From Hemiscyllium ocellatum (Eukaryota): 64,000 nt of DNA. Shown piece after piece: positions 63,119 through 64,000 of this stretch. The stretch spans positions 5,704,001-5,768,000 of the forward strand of contig NC_083446.1 of assembly GCF_020745735.1 (NCBI RefSeq), in the 5' to 3' direction. Position 1 is the first letter of the stretch. Every line of letters begins with the position of its first letter. The notes under the pieces were generated by a model. The model made no database searches, was not told the DNA's origin, and was given only the letters and a program-made list of their open reading frames with translations. The translations under genes were made by a program, and so were the position numbers.

Positions 63119-64000
63119 TGCTTCCAATTAAACCTGTTGGATTATAACCTGGTGTTGTGTGATTTTTAACTTTGTACACCCCAGTCCAACACCGGCATCT
63201 CCAAATCATGTATAAAATCATGGGGGGGGCATGGATAGGATAAATAGACAAGGAAATTTCCCTGGGATGATGGACCGAAAGGTCTGATCAACGTTAGGGA
63301 CAAACCTCCCCTGGAAGATAGCTTTGCAACAGGACCACTACAGTCTTGATCCCGTTATTGAGAATGGACGTGATTCTGGAGTTGAGAGGGTTGCCATATA
63401 GAGTCATACAGCATGGAAACAGACCCTTCGGTCCAACCAGTCCATGCCAACCATAATCCCAAACTAAACTAGTCACTCCAAACCCTTTCCTATTCACACA
63501 GCGCTCCAAAAGCTAGTGCGTCCAATTAAACCTGTTGGACTATAACCTGGTGTTGGGTGATTTTTAACTTTGTCCACCCCAGTCCAACACCGGCACCTCC
63601 ACATCATGGATTTTATAAGGATATTGATTAGGTCACTTATGGAATACTATGTTCAGTTCTGGTCTCCCTGCTATAGGAAGGATGTTGTGAAACTTGAAAG
63701 GGTTCAGAAAAGATTTACAAGAATGTTTTTGGACTTGGAGGGTTTGAGCTACAGGGAGAGGCTGAATAGACTGGGGCTGTTTTCTCTGGAGTGTCGGAGG
63801 CTGAGGGCTCACCTTCAGGGTGGTATGGCGGCTCAGTGATTAACACTGCTGCCTAACAGCCCCAGGGACCCGGCTTTGATTCCAGACTCAGGCAAATGTC
63901 CGTGTGCAGTTTGCCCATTCTCCCCATGTCTGAGTGGGTTTCCTCTGGGTGCTCTGGTTTCCTCTAACAATCCAAAGATGTGCGGGTCAGGTGAATTGGC

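Overview
Eukaryotic, repeat-rich genomic DNA, most likely from a shark or ray (inferred from HE1-type V-SINEs, HER1/CR1 LINEs and abundant Penelope derivatives). Four genes are supported. (1) The first four coding exons of CCS on the minus strand; the gene runs off the left edge. (2) A complete 3-exon, 290-aa RBM14/RBM4-family RNA-binding gene on the minus strand, with RBM14-type introns but an RBM4-type CCHC knuckle. (3) Head-to-head with it across a CCAAT-rich CpG island, a plus-strand 396-aa ORF that looks like a diverged duplicate of that gene's exon 2: degenerate half-RRM, broken zinc knuckle, kept LYxRxRLxP motif, then a new 14-aa repeat array. (4) A complete 2-exon FAM89B on the minus strand. 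The rest is nested mobile DNA: CR1, V-SINE, L2-like, Tx1-like, a Gmr1-type Gypsy relic, a solo LTR, and many short Penelope-derived hairpin elements with target-site duplications and minimal hammerhead ribozyme motifs. All alignments were done by eye and repeat boundaries are approximate.
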